The notes under the pieces are model-generated. The model saw only the letters and a program-made list of their open reading frames with translations, was not told the DNA's origin and did not search any database. Shown in pieces: positions 38,292 to 47,419 of a stretch of DNA of 64,000 bases. How positions within the stretch are numbered: the stretch's first letter is position 1; every line of letters starts with the position of its first letter. The stretch is from NCBI GenBank assembly GCA_031546905.1, contig JAVBJQ010000046.1, positions 15,589 through 79,588 on the forward strand, written 5' to 3'. Both the position numbers and the translations under genes were made by a program. Source of the stretch: Eubacteriales bacterium. Its GTDB lineage: Bacteria > Bacillota > Clostridia > Lachnospirales > JAVBJQ01.

Positions 38292-39377
38292 ATGATGGAG
38301 ATTTTAAATCTTAAAACAAAGACCACAGAATATCCTATCTATATTGATAATAGCTTTGCACACTTGAAGACGGCTTTTATAGATGCTGGTTTAAATAATA
38401 GAAAAGTGATTATCATTACAGACAGTAACGTTGAAAAAATATATTTAGATAAAATGGTTGATTTGCTGAAGGAAGTAGCAAGTTATGTGTGCCATTACTC
38501 TTTTCCTGCTGGTGAAGTAAGTAAAAATTTAGACACAGTTCAAGATTTTTATCAAGTTTTTTTAGAGCACAAGCTTGATCGAAAATCAGTTGTTGTTGCT
38601 TTAGGCGGTGGGGTTGTTGGCGATATGGCTGGATTTGCCGCTGCAACTTTTATGAGAGGAATTAGCTTTGTTCAAATCCCAACCACCTTACTTTCAGCTG
38701 TAGACAGTAGCGTTGGGGGAAAAGTTGGCGTAGATTTCTTAGGGAGTAAAAATATTGTGGGGGCATTTTATCAACCCCGTTTTGTATATATTAATATGAA
38801 TACATTGAAAACCCTTGACAGTCGCCAGTTCAACAGTGGAATGGCAGAAGTAATAAAATATGGCTTGATTGTGGATGGAGATTTTTATACGTATATAGGC
38901 GATAATGAAAAGAAAATAAAAGACCTCAATGAGACGGTATTAACTTATATTATTAAAAAATGCTGTGCAATAAAAGCAGAAGTAGTTTTAAAAGATGAAA
39001 AAGAAGAACTTGGACATCGTGATATTTTAAACTTTGGACATACATTAGGTCATTCTATTGAATCATTACAAGGGTTTAAAATGCTCCATGGAGAATGTGT
39101 TGCAATTGGAATGGTTGGGGCTGCATATTTATCTTATAAAAAGGGAACCCTTGATATTTTAGAAGTAGAAGCATTAAAAAATTTGCTTACTAGGTTTGAG
39201 CTACCAGTAAAAGTGCTGGAAATATCATACGAAGACGCATATAACCAAATGTTTTTTGATAAAAAAGTGAGTTCTGATAAAATTAAATTTATTCTTTTAA
39301 GCAAATTTGGAACAACTTATGGTACATCTGATTTAACCAAAGAAGAGATTATGAATGGAATATCCTATATTTTATAA
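38292..39377 (+). CDS. aroB: 3-dehydroquinate synthase
   Basis: 'GGGVVGDMAGFAAATFMRGI', 'QIPTTLLSAVDSSVGGK', 'LNFGHTLGHSIE'. Confidence 0.92.
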   Translation: MMEILNLKTKTTEYPIYIDNSFAHLKTAFIDAGLNNRKVIIITDSNVEKIYLDKMVDLLKEVASYVCHYSFPAGEVSKNLDTVQDFYQVFLEHKLDRKSVVVALGGGVVGDMAGFAAATFMRGISFVQIPTTLLSAVDSSVGGKVGVDFLGSKNIVGAFYQPRFVYINMNTLKTLDSRQFNSGMAEVIKYGLIVDGDFYTYIGDNEKKIKDLNETVLTYIIKKCCAIKAEVVLKDEKEELGHRDILNFGHTLGHSIESLQGFKMLHGECVAIGMVGAAYLSYKKGTLDILEVEALKNLLTRFELPVKVLEISYEDAYNQMFFDKKVSSDKIKFILLSKFGTTYGTSDLTKEEIMNGISYIL

Positions 39378-39394
39378 CAAAGGTGGAACTTTTA

Positions 39395-39847
39395 ATGCTT
39401 ATTTTTGCAGTTATCATTGACATTCTTTTAATAGCCATAGATCAGTTAACCAAGTTAGTAGCAGTAAATTATTTAAAGCCTATTTCACGGGCAGATGCAA
39501 TAAATGGTATTTTCGAGTTTGCTTTTGTAGAAAACAGAGGAGCGGCTTTTGGAATTATGTCTGGTGGACGTTGGTTTTTTGTGATCCTCACCATCGTTAT
39601 TATTTTGTTAATTGGGTATTATTATGTTACGTTGCCAAAAACGAAAGAATATAAGCTGGTAAGGTTTGCATTAATTCTTATTTCATCAGGTGCCATCGGG
39701 AATTTTATTGATCGATTTCGTCAGGGATACGTAGTGGACTTTATTCATACTACTTTTATAGAGTTTCCTGTTTTTAATGTTGCGGATATGTACGTGGTCG
39801 TGGGGACAATTTTTCTTGCGATTATCATGTTTTTTGTAATTAAGTAA
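39395..39847 (+). CDS. lspA: Lipoprotein signal peptidase (signal peptidase II)
   Basis: 'NRGAAFG', 'IGNFIDR' and 'FNVADM' motifs. ATG at 39395 lies 8 nt after AAAGGTGG; the track start is the GTG at 39383. Confidence 0.9.
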   Translation: MLIFAVIIDILLIAIDQLTKLVAVNYLKPISRADAINGIFEFAFVENRGAAFGIMSGGRWFFVILTIVIILLIGYYYVTLPKTKEYKLVRFALILISSGAIGNFIDRFRQGYVVDFIHTTFIEFPVFNVADMYVVVGTIFLAIIMFFVIK

Positions 39848-39924
39848 GTCTTATACGAAGCAGAATGATACAGTTTAACGTTTGTAGAAAAAAATTGTTA
39901 AACTGCAATAAATTGGAGAATGAA

Positions 39925-40833
39925 ATGGATACGTATACTTTTGTTATTGATGATGGTGATATAAATAAGCGAATAGATGTATTTCTTTCAGAAGAAATAG
40001 AAGATCTTTCAAGAAATTCTGCACAAAAGCTTATTGAAAATGAAAAAATTTTGGTTTCACAAAAATTGGTAAAATCAAATTATAAACTTAAAAAAAATGA
40101 TTTTGTTGTGGTAGACATACCGGATCCTGTTTCTGTCGATGTTTTGCCAGAAGACATTCCACTTGATATATTGTTTGAAGACAAAGATTTAATTGTGATT
40201 AATAAACCGCAAGGAATGGTAGTTCATCCTGCAGCTGGTCATTACACTGGAACGCTTGTGAATGGGTTGTTATATCATTGCAAAGATGAATTGTCAGGAA
40301 TCAATGGGGTTATGCGCCCCGGGATTGTGCACCGAATTGACAAAGATACTTCGGGGGTTCTTGTAGTTGCAAAAACAAATTTTGCCCATCAAGCGCTTTC
40401 ATTGCAATTAAAAGACCATTCCATGAAAAGATGCTATGAAGCCATTGTTTTTGGAAATATAAAAGAAGATGAAGGTACAATTGACAAGCCAATTGGTCGA
40501 CATATAACAGAAAGAAAAAAAATATCCACGGTGACGAACAGTCCCAAGCATGCCGTTACACATTTTAAAGTATTAGAAAGATTTTCTAAATACACCCATA
40601 TTGAAGCACAGCTTGAAACAGGAAGAACCCATCAAATTAGGGTGCATATGGCATACTTAGGGCACCCGCTTCTAGGGGATGAAGTTTATTCGACAAGAAA
40701 ACAACCTTTTCATCTTGCCGGGCAAGTTTTGCATGCAAGAGAACTAGGATTTATTCATCCATCTACACAACAATATATGGAGTTTAAAACAGCGCTTCCA
40801 GCATATTTTGAGAAACTAATAGAAAAAATGTAA
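39925..40833 (+). CDS. rluD: RluA/RluD-family 23S rRNA pseudouridine synthase
   Basis: S4 domain followed by the catalytic 'HRIDKDTSG' and 'GRTHQIRVH'. ATG at 39925 follows GGAGA; the track ORF starts at 39865. Confidence 0.88.
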   Translation: MDTYTFVIDDGDINKRIDVFLSEEIEDLSRNSAQKLIENEKILVSQKLVKSNYKLKKNDFVVVDIPDPVSVDVLPEDIPLDILFEDKDLIVINKPQGMVVHPAAGHYTGTLVNGLLYHCKDELSGINGVMRPGIVHRIDKDTSGVLVVAKTNFAHQALSLQLKDHSMKRCYEAIVFGNIKEDEGTIDKPIGRHITERKKISTVTNSPKHAVTHFKVLERFSKYTHIEAQLETGRTHQIRVHMAYLGHPLLGDEVYSTRKQPFHLAGQVLHARELGFIHPSTQQYMEFKTALPAYFEKLIEKM

Positions 40834-40841
40834 TACAAGGA

Positions 40842-41783
40842 GTGATTCAGTTGTACTTTTTAAAAAAGGACTTTATTAGTCTGAAAGACATAACTGCTGA
40901 CGAGATTTTATACATATTAAGCACTGCAGAAACAATGAAATACGTTTTAAATCAAAAAAATAAAAAATCACCACATCTTCAAGGAAAGTCAGTTGTGTTT
41001 CTTTTTTATGAGAAAAGTTCGAAGACAAGAATATCGTATGAACTGGCAGCTCAATATTTAAGTGCAAGTACCGTAGATATGACGCTTTCAAAAAATTTGG
41101 AACATGGAGAAACCTTAAGGGATGTTGGTAGAATTGTTGATCAAATGGGGGCTGACTTTATTATTATTCGTCACCCCATGGCTGGTAGTGCTAAATTTTT
41201 GTCAGAAACCTCTCAGGCATCCGTCATTAATGCAGGAGATGGGTTAAACGAAAATCCAAGTCAGTCACTTCTGGACTTACTAACCATTAAAGATCAAAAA
41301 GGTGGCTTCCAAGGTTTGAAAGTTACAATTGTGGGAGATGTTTTGCATAGTCGTGTTGGAAAAAGCAATATACTAGCGCTACTAAAATTAGGTGCTACTG
41401 TTAATGTTGCAGCACCACCAACTTTAATTCCTTTTGAACTTTCTCAGTTTGGCGTAAATATCTTTTTTGATGCAAAAAAAGCTGTGGAAGATGCGGATGT
41501 TGTAATGGTTTTAAGGATGCAAAGTGAAAGGCAATATGAAAGTTTACTTCCTTCTTTTAATGAATATAAGAAGTTCTTTAAAATTGACAATGAACTGATG
41601 TCTTACGCAAAAAAGAATGCCATTGTAATGCACCCAGGCCCTGTTTTTAGAGGGGTAGAAATTTCCTCGTCTATTATTGACAGCAAAAGGTGTCTAACAG
41701 ATGACCAAATCGCCAATGGAGTAGCCGTGAGAATGGCACTTTTATACTTACTTTCCATGAAAGGTGGCGCAAGATATGAGTAG
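40842..41783 (+). CDS. pyrB: Aspartate carbamoyltransferase-like protein with a divergent active-site signature
   Basis: ATCase fold markers are kept ('IIIRHP','GDVLHSRV','LRMQSER','MHPGPVFRGVEI'). However STRTR reads 'SSKTR', KGE reads 'HGE' and HPTQ reads 'NPSQ'. The start is possibly the TTG at 40851. Confidence 0.7.
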   Translation: MIQLYFLKKDFISLKDITADEILYILSTAETMKYVLNQKNKKSPHLQGKSVVFLFYEKSSKTRISYELAAQYLSASTVDMTLSKNLEHGETLRDVGRIVDQMGADFIIIRHPMAGSAKFLSETSQASVINAGDGLNENPSQSLLDLLTIKDQKGGFQGLKVTIVGDVLHSRVGKSNILALLKLGATVNVAAPPTLIPFELSQFGVNIFFDAKKAVEDADVVMVLRMQSERQYESLLPSFNEYKKFFKIDNELMSYAKKNAIVMHPGPVFRGVEISSSIIDSKRCLTDDQIANGVAVRMALLYLLSMKGGARYE

Positions 41784-43041
41784 TTTACTAATCAAAGATG
41801 CTTTGATGCTAAGTGAGACAGAACCAGTTGATTTATACATTAAGGACGGCATCATTTGTGAGATAAAAAAAGGAATAGAAGCAAACGCAGACAAAGTTTT
41901 TGATGCGAAGCGAAATGTGATTATTCCTGGGTTAATTGATATGCACTGCAATATTAGCGACCCTTCTTATGAGAACAGCGAAGATCTGATATTTGTTTCA
42001 AATAGTGCCGCAAGAGGTGGATATACGTCTATTACGTATGCTCCTAATGTTATGCCTGTGATTGATAATAAAACGGTTGTTCAATATATTATTTCAAGGA
42101 GCAAGGCAGAATCCTCTGTTAATATTTTTCCTTATGGAAGTATGACAAAGGGGTGTAAGGGAACTGAAATTTCTGAAATTGGGGAAATGAACTTAGCGGG
42201 AATCGTAGCCATTTCTGATGGTGGTGCCAGTATTGAAGATGCTAATTTATTACGAAATATTTTCTTATATTCTAAAATGTTTAACATTCCCATTATTACA
42301 CACTGTGAAGATAAAAACCTTGCTAACGATGGGGTGGTAAATGGGGGGTATATTTCAACCCTTCTGGGGCTAAAGGGAATTCCCAGAGAAGCGGAAGAAG
42401 TGGTGGTGGCCAGAAATATCGTTATTGCATCCAATACACAAGCAAGTTTACACCTTACAAAAATAAGTACAAAGGGTTCTGTTGAACTTATTCGGGCTGC
42501 AAAAGCAAAAGGGATCCGCATAACTTGTGACACTTGCCCACAATATTTTACCCTCACAGAGGAAACAGTTGATGCTTACAATACTTTTGCAAAAGTAAAA
42601 CCTCCTTTACGAACAGCAGAAGATGTTGCTGCAATTAAAGAAGGAGTTTTAGATGGAACAATTGATATTATTACAACTGGGCATTTCCCTATGTCTGTTG
42701 TTTCAAAAAAATTAGAATTTGATAATGCTTCTTATGCCATTTTATCCATTGAAACAGCTTTTGCATTAAGTTATTCTACTTTTGTTGCTACTAATTTAAT
42801 GACATTAGATAAGCTCGTTGAAAAAATGTCAACGACGCCAGCCCGTATTTTAGATTTGAAAACAAAAGGAGTAATAAAAGAGGGATTTGATGCAGATTTA
42901 ACTTTAATTGAAGTGAACTCTCCATTTGATATTCGTTCCTCTGAATTTTTATCAAAGTCAAAATTTTCTTTATATGAGGGAGTTACGGTCAAGGGCAAAA
43001 TTTTAAATACATTTGTGGCTGGAAGATGTGTTTATAAATAA
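41776..43041 (+). CDS. pyrC: Dihydroorotase-like amidohydrolase, probably non-catalytic (PyrC'-type)
   Basis: Collinear with class I DHOase, but HxH reads 'HCN', DDG reads 'DGG', HxxH-IST reads 'HLTKIST', PHHL reads 'PQYF' and TDHAPH reads 'TGHFPM'. ATG at 41776; the track start is the GTG at 41764. Confidence 0.7.
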   Translation: MSSLLIKDALMLSETEPVDLYIKDGIICEIKKGIEANADKVFDAKRNVIIPGLIDMHCNISDPSYENSEDLIFVSNSAARGGYTSITYAPNVMPVIDNKTVVQYIISRSKAESSVNIFPYGSMTKGCKGTEISEIGEMNLAGIVAISDGGASIEDANLLRNIFLYSKMFNIPIITHCEDKNLANDGVVNGGYISTLLGLKGIPREAEEVVVARNIVIASNTQASLHLTKISTKGSVELIRAAKAKGIRITCDTCPQYFTLTEETVDAYNTFAKVKPPLRTAEDVAAIKEGVLDGTIDIITTGHFPMSVVSKKLEFDNASYAILSIETAFALSYSTFVATNLMTLDKLVEKMSTTPARILDLKTKGVIKEGFDADLTLIEVNSPFDIRSSEFLSKSKFSLYEGVTVKGKILNTFVAGRCVYK

Positions 43042-43070
43042 AGAGTGGACTAATAATGAACCATCCCTAT

Positions 43071-43116
43071 AAAAAAGTCTTGTAAAGTGGCAACTGGCCA
43101 TTTACAAGACTTTTTT
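43071..43116. terminator. Bidirectional terminator between convergent genes
   Basis: AAAAAAGTCTTGTAAA / TTTACAAGACTTTTTT stem. Confidence 0.8.
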
Positions 43117-43120
43117 ATGC

Positions 43121-44296
43121 TTATGCAATCGATTTTTTATATTTAACTCTAAATGTAACACCTACAGCAATCAAAAATAAAAATAAGATGAATGCAGTGT
43201 AAAATGTATTTGCAATACCAATCGTTGGCAAAATGATTTTTACAACAAGGGGTACAAGTATAAAAGTAGCGGAACAAGACATGATGATAAATCCAGTTAA
43301 AACAGATTTTTTGGCTATATAAATTTCCCCTACCAAACTTAAAATTAATGAAAATAAGATGGAAAGGCAACCACCAACGATAAAAAATGAAATAAATCGA
43401 AGGGGAAGAATATCAACAAAAATACCAATGAACATAAATGTAGCACCAACGATGGGGTTTAAGGCAATAAAAATGGATGCGTGATATTTTCTTAAAAGAA
43501 AGATAAATAAAAAACTGATAATCATGCCGCCCATGGTAAATATGGTTAAAAAGTTTACCGAAATATATTCTGCAATGCCTAAATGTTCCTTTGCAAATGT
43601 TGTAACATAAGTCAAAAATAAACTGCTGATTCCACTATATAAAACCATAACAAGCGTTAAGAGTATAAAAAAGCTATAATTGGTTTTGGTTTTTTTGTTA
43701 TTAGGGTGTGGTTCATCTTGTTTTGCTACTTCATGGGTTGGAAATTTTAGAATACTTAAAGATACCACTACCACAATTACTAAAAAGGAGTACATAAAAC
43801 ATAAATAGCTCCAGTTAAGTTTTTTGACAAGTAATAAAGAAATAACAAAAGGAGACAATGTATTTCCCAAGCTAAAAAAAGTTTGGTTTAAACTAAGCAT
43901 ACTAGAGAAGTTTTTAGGATAACAGTCATAAATAACCGCTACGCCTGATGTATCAGTTAGACCATGTCCCATTCCAGCAACTAAGGAAAGAAACAACACC
44001 ATGGTGTAATTGTTTGTGGCAGATGATAATAAAAGAAATGGTAGTACAAATAAAACGCCTAGTGGGAAAATCAATTTACTACCGAATTTCTCTGTTAACG
44101 TACCACTTAAAAATAAAATTGCCATTCTACCAACAGAATAGGCTGAAACGATAAACCCAATTTGGGTTACATCTCTTGAAAAATGTTCTTTAAAAGGTTC
44201 CATTAATGCGCCAGTGAGTGTAAACACGCCACCAATAATTAATGAGCCTAAGAAAATCAGTGTAACAATTACTTTGTTTTTTGTTGTGCCCTGCAT
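43121..44296 (-). CDS. MFS transporter (12 TM, substrate unknown)
   Basis: Hydrophobic throughout, with a motif-A-like 'GTLTEKFGSKL'. Confidence 0.8.
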   Translation of the reverse strand: MQGTTKNKVIVTLIFLGSLIIGGVFTLTGALMEPFKEHFSRDVTQIGFIVSAYSVGRMAILFLSGTLTEKFGSKLIFPLGVLFVLPFLLLSSATNNYTMVLFLSLVAGMGHGLTDTSGVAVIYDCYPKNFSSMLSLNQTFFSLGNTLSPFVISLLLVKKLNWSYLCFMYSFLVIVVVVSLSILKFPTHEVAKQDEPHPNNKKTKTNYSFFILLTLVMVLYSGISSLFLTYVTTFAKEHLGIAEYISVNFLTIFTMGGMIISFLFIFLLRKYHASIFIALNPIVGATFMFIGIFVDILPLRFISFFIVGGCLSILFSLILSLVGEIYIAKKSVLTGFIIMSCSATFILVPLVVKIILPTIGIANTFYTAFILFLFLIAVGVTFRVKYKKSIA

Positions 44297-44513
44297 AATC
44301 TCGCTCCTTACGTATTTTGTTCAACATTTTTAAAGTCTCCAATATGATAACATTTTTATACCCTCATAGGAAGCTTTATAAAAATTATTTTTTTAAAAAT
44401 TAATTTGCATAAAATAATGTAAGAAAGCCCATACTACTATCAGAGTTTTTAAATAAACAATTTATTTAGAGGCTCTTAGTTCAGAAAAAGTTTTTGAAGG
44501 GAGGGAATTTTAA

Positions 44514-44717
44514 ATGGATAATAACAATAATGCAAAAAGTAACATGAACACAAATGCGAAAAATAACATGAACACAAATGCAAAAAATAATAACAACAAT
44601 AATGTAGAATTTGCTGACGAAATGAACGCAAATATGAACACAAAAAACAACAAAAATATGAACGCAAACAAAAATGGAACAAGCACAAACAATGCAACCA
44701 ATGCAAAAAATAACTAA
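44514..44717 (+). CDS. Asn-rich low-complexity 67-aa peptide with a tandem octapeptide repeat
   Basis: RBS GGGAGGG lies 9 nt upstream of the ATG and its own terminator follows. Composition is dominated by N/K/M/A/T and no signal peptide is apparent. Confidence 0.5.
   Translation: MDNNNNAKSNMNTNAKNNMNTNAKNNNNNNVEFADEMNANMNTKNNKNMNANKNGTSTNNATNAKNN
44541..44588 (+). repeat. 24-nt tandem duplication (two copies, one mismatch) inside the Asn-rich ORF
   Basis: AACATGAACACAAATGCGAAAAAT followed by AACATGAACACAAATGCAAAAAAT, encoding NMNTNAKN twice. Confidence 0.9.
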
Positions 44718-44740
44718 TTAGTAGTACATCAAAACAGAAG

Positions 44741-44780
44741 GATTATCTTTACTATTTAAAGATAATCTTTTTGTTTTTTG
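44741..44780 (+). terminator. Rho-independent terminator
   Basis: GATTATCTTT / AAAGATAATC stem followed by TTTTTGTTTTTT. Confidence 0.75.
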
Positions 44781-44919
44781 CGTTATAGCTTATTATTATC
44801 TGAATTAAACCAGTGTGGTAATATTATTTTTTTTAAGATATAATTATATGATTGCAGTTTAACAAATGGTAGGAAAAATGAAATTGCATAATACGATTCA
44901 CTGAAATTAGGGGGTAAGG

Positions 44920-45627
44920 ATGAAAAAAACGATTTTAACTGTGGATGATGAAATCAACATTTTGGAGTTGTTGAAGTTTAATTTGGAAAATGAAGGTTAT
45001 GAAGTGTTGCAGTCTGAGAATGGAGTAAATGCTTTAAAAATTTTAGACTGTAAAAAAGTAGATGGGGTCATTTTAGACCAAATGCTTCCAGGGATGCAAG
45101 GGCTTGATGTTTTAAAAAAGATACGTGAAAATACTTTCACAAAAAAAATTCCTGTTCTTATCTTAACAGCCAAAACAGAGGAGTTCGATAAAGTGCTGGG
45201 TTTTGAGCTTGGAGCAGATGATTATCTTTCAAAACCATTTAGCGTAAGAGAACTGATGGCTAGAATAAAAGCACTTTTAAGGCGAGTAGAGTCCATTTCT
45301 GAAGCAGATGAGAATTTACAACAGAATATTATTTCATTCCAAAATATACAAATAAATGAATACAACAGGACGGTTTTAAAAGAAAATAAAACCGTAGAAT
45401 TAACATTAAAAGAATTTGAACTACTAAAACTTTTTGCAAAAAATCCAGATAAAGTTTTTACAAGAAATGAGCTGTTAGAAAAAATTTGGGGATATGATTA
45501 CGAAGGGGAAACCCGTACAGTTGATGTTCATATTGGACAACTTAGAAAAAAAGTGGAAGATGATGAGAACAATCCATTTTTTATTAAAACAATTAGAGGT
45601 ATAGGATATAAGTTAAGTGAGGATTAA
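44920..45627 (+). CDS. OmpR/PhoB-family response regulator
   Basis: REC domain ('VDDE','ILDQMLPGMQG','SKPF') plus a winged-helix output domain ('LTLKEFELLKLF...VDVHIGQLRKK'). Confidence 0.92.
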   Translation: MKKTILTVDDEINILELLKFNLENEGYEVLQSENGVNALKILDCKKVDGVILDQMLPGMQGLDVLKKIRENTFTKKIPVLILTAKTEEFDKVLGFELGADDYLSKPFSVRELMARIKALLRRVESISEADENLQQNIISFQNIQINEYNRTVLKENKTVELTLKEFELLKLFAKNPDKVFTRNELLEKIWGYDYEGETRTVDVHIGQLRKKVEDDENNPFFIKTIRGIGYKLSED

Positions 45628-45629
45628 AA

Positions 45630-47369
45630 ATGCAGAAATCTTTTTTTGCGGTATGTACTGTAATTATTTTGCTTACAGCTGTTTTGATAACATATAATAT
45701 GCTACGAAATGGGCAGAAAATTTATTTTAATCAATCTATTTCCTTGTTAGGGGATGAAGCTTATTTATTAGAAGAAATAATGGATGCTACTAGCTTTGAT
45801 TTAGAAAATACAAAAATAAGCATAGAAAAATATGGAAAAAAATTAGATGTGAAAATAGCAATTTTAGACACTGATGGTGTTGTTGTTTTGCAAACAAACA
45901 ATATTCATACCTTGGTAGGTGAACAAAACCCAGAAGTTGAAACTGCTTTAAAGGGTAATACTGGAAATGATATACGGTTTAGTAAGGTAGATAATACAAC
46001 TTATATTTATATCGCTGTTCCAATTGAAATGCAAAATAAAAAATGCGTGTTATGGTTGTCAAAATCAGTTGATACTAATAATTTATTTCATGAAAAAATA
46101 ATGATGGATGGATTAAAAATAGTAGGAATCGTCACAGTGATTGCGCTGATAATTGTCAATTTTATAATCAAAACAATGATTGAACCGATAAATAAGATGA
46201 CCAAAACGGTAAATGAAATAGCACAAGGGAATTATCATAAGAAAGTACATATTGGAGAAAGTGGTCGCTTTGGAACATTAGCCCATGCGATTAATAACAT
46301 GTCTCAAGTGCTTGAATCTACAATAGAAGATTTAAAGGATCGGAACACAAAACTAGAAGCCATGGCCAACGGCATGAAAGATGCGGTAATTGCAATTGAT
46401 TATGAGTATAAGATTATCTTGATTAATCCCATGTGTTATAAGCTATTTTCTTTAGATGGCGATGTGATGAACAAAAATATTTTTGATGTTTTAAGAAATG
46501 AACATATTTTTAACGCTATTGAGTACGTTTTAAAAAGGCAAGATGCCATAGAGAAAGAATTTAAATATGTACGGAATAAAACAATAAAACTACATGCAAA
46601 TCCGATTTTATCCCGAGATGATGGTGGGGCTTGTATTGGTGCGTTGCTTTTAATGGAAGACGTAACAAAAATACGGAAATTAGAAATCATGAGAAGGAGT
46701 TTTGTTTCAAATGTTACCCATGAGTTAAAAACCCCCCTTACTTCCATTCGAGGTTTTATTGAAACATTAAAAAATGGTGCCATTTCAAACCCGACGATTG
46801 CAAATAAATTTTTAGATATAATTGATATTGAAGCAGAAAGACTATATAATTTAATTCAAGATATTCTTGCCCTTTCAGAAATCGAAGTAAGAGAACAAGA
46901 TTTTGATGTAAGCTATTACAACATAGAAGAAATAACAGACCATGTTTTTAATATTTTAAAACCAAAAGCAGATTCCAAAAATATAGATTTGCAGTTTCAC
47001 GTTGAGGTTGGGGTCGTAGACTTTTTATGTAACAAAAGCCGAATGTATCAAATGCTGATTAATTTAATTGATAATGCAATTAATTATACGGAAGAAGGCA
47101 CTGTAAAACTTTTATGCAAAAAGGAAAATAATTATTTAATTTTTGTGATTGAGGACACAGGCATCGGCATTGAAGCGTCACAAATTCCAAGAATATTTGA
47201 ACGATTTTATAGAGTTGATAAAGGACGATCAAGAAGAACTGGTGGAACCGGGTTAGGTCTTTCTATTGTCAAACATATTGTAATGCTTTATAAGGGTGAA
47301 ATATCAATGAAAAGTGTTGTAAATGAGGGAACTACTTGCACTGTTCGGTTGCCTTATATCAATAATTAG
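45630..47369 (+). CDS. Sensor histidine kinase (TM, HAMP, PAS, HisKA, HATPase; PhoR/WalK-like)
   Basis: H-box 'SNVTHELKTPLTSI', N-box 'LIDNAINYT', 'DTGIGI' and 'GGTGLGLSIV'. It starts 3 nt after the regulator gene. Confidence 0.92.
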   Translation: MQKSFFAVCTVIILLTAVLITYNMLRNGQKIYFNQSISLLGDEAYLLEEIMDATSFDLENTKISIEKYGKKLDVKIAILDTDGVVVLQTNNIHTLVGEQNPEVETALKGNTGNDIRFSKVDNTTYIYIAVPIEMQNKKCVLWLSKSVDTNNLFHEKIMMDGLKIVGIVTVIALIIVNFIIKTMIEPINKMTKTVNEIAQGNYHKKVHIGESGRFGTLAHAINNMSQVLESTIEDLKDRNTKLEAMANGMKDAVIAIDYEYKIILINPMCYKLFSLDGDVMNKNIFDVLRNEHIFNAIEYVLKRQDAIEKEFKYVRNKTIKLHANPILSRDDGGACIGALLLMEDVTKIRKLEIMRRSFVSNVTHELKTPLTSIRGFIETLKNGAISNPTIANKFLDIIDIEAERLYNLIQDILALSEIEVREQDFDVSYYNIEEITDHVFNILKPKADSKNIDLQFHVEVGVVDFLCNKSRMYQMLINLIDNAINYTEEGTVKLLCKKENNYLIFVIEDTGIGIEASQIPRIFERFYRVDKGRSRRTGGTGLGLSIVKHIVMLYKGEISMKSVVNEGTTCTVRLPYINN

Positions 47370-47419
47370 CGTGTGTTTTTAACCACGCTATCATATAAAA
47401 ACAGAATAGGAGAGATTGT

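Noticed and set aside
44476-44706. Two minus-strand ORFs (76 and 63 aa) antisense to the Asn-rich peptide gene
   Set aside because: They are open only because of the AAT/AAC-rich repeat composition. They have no RBS, while the sense ORF has both an RBS and a terminator.
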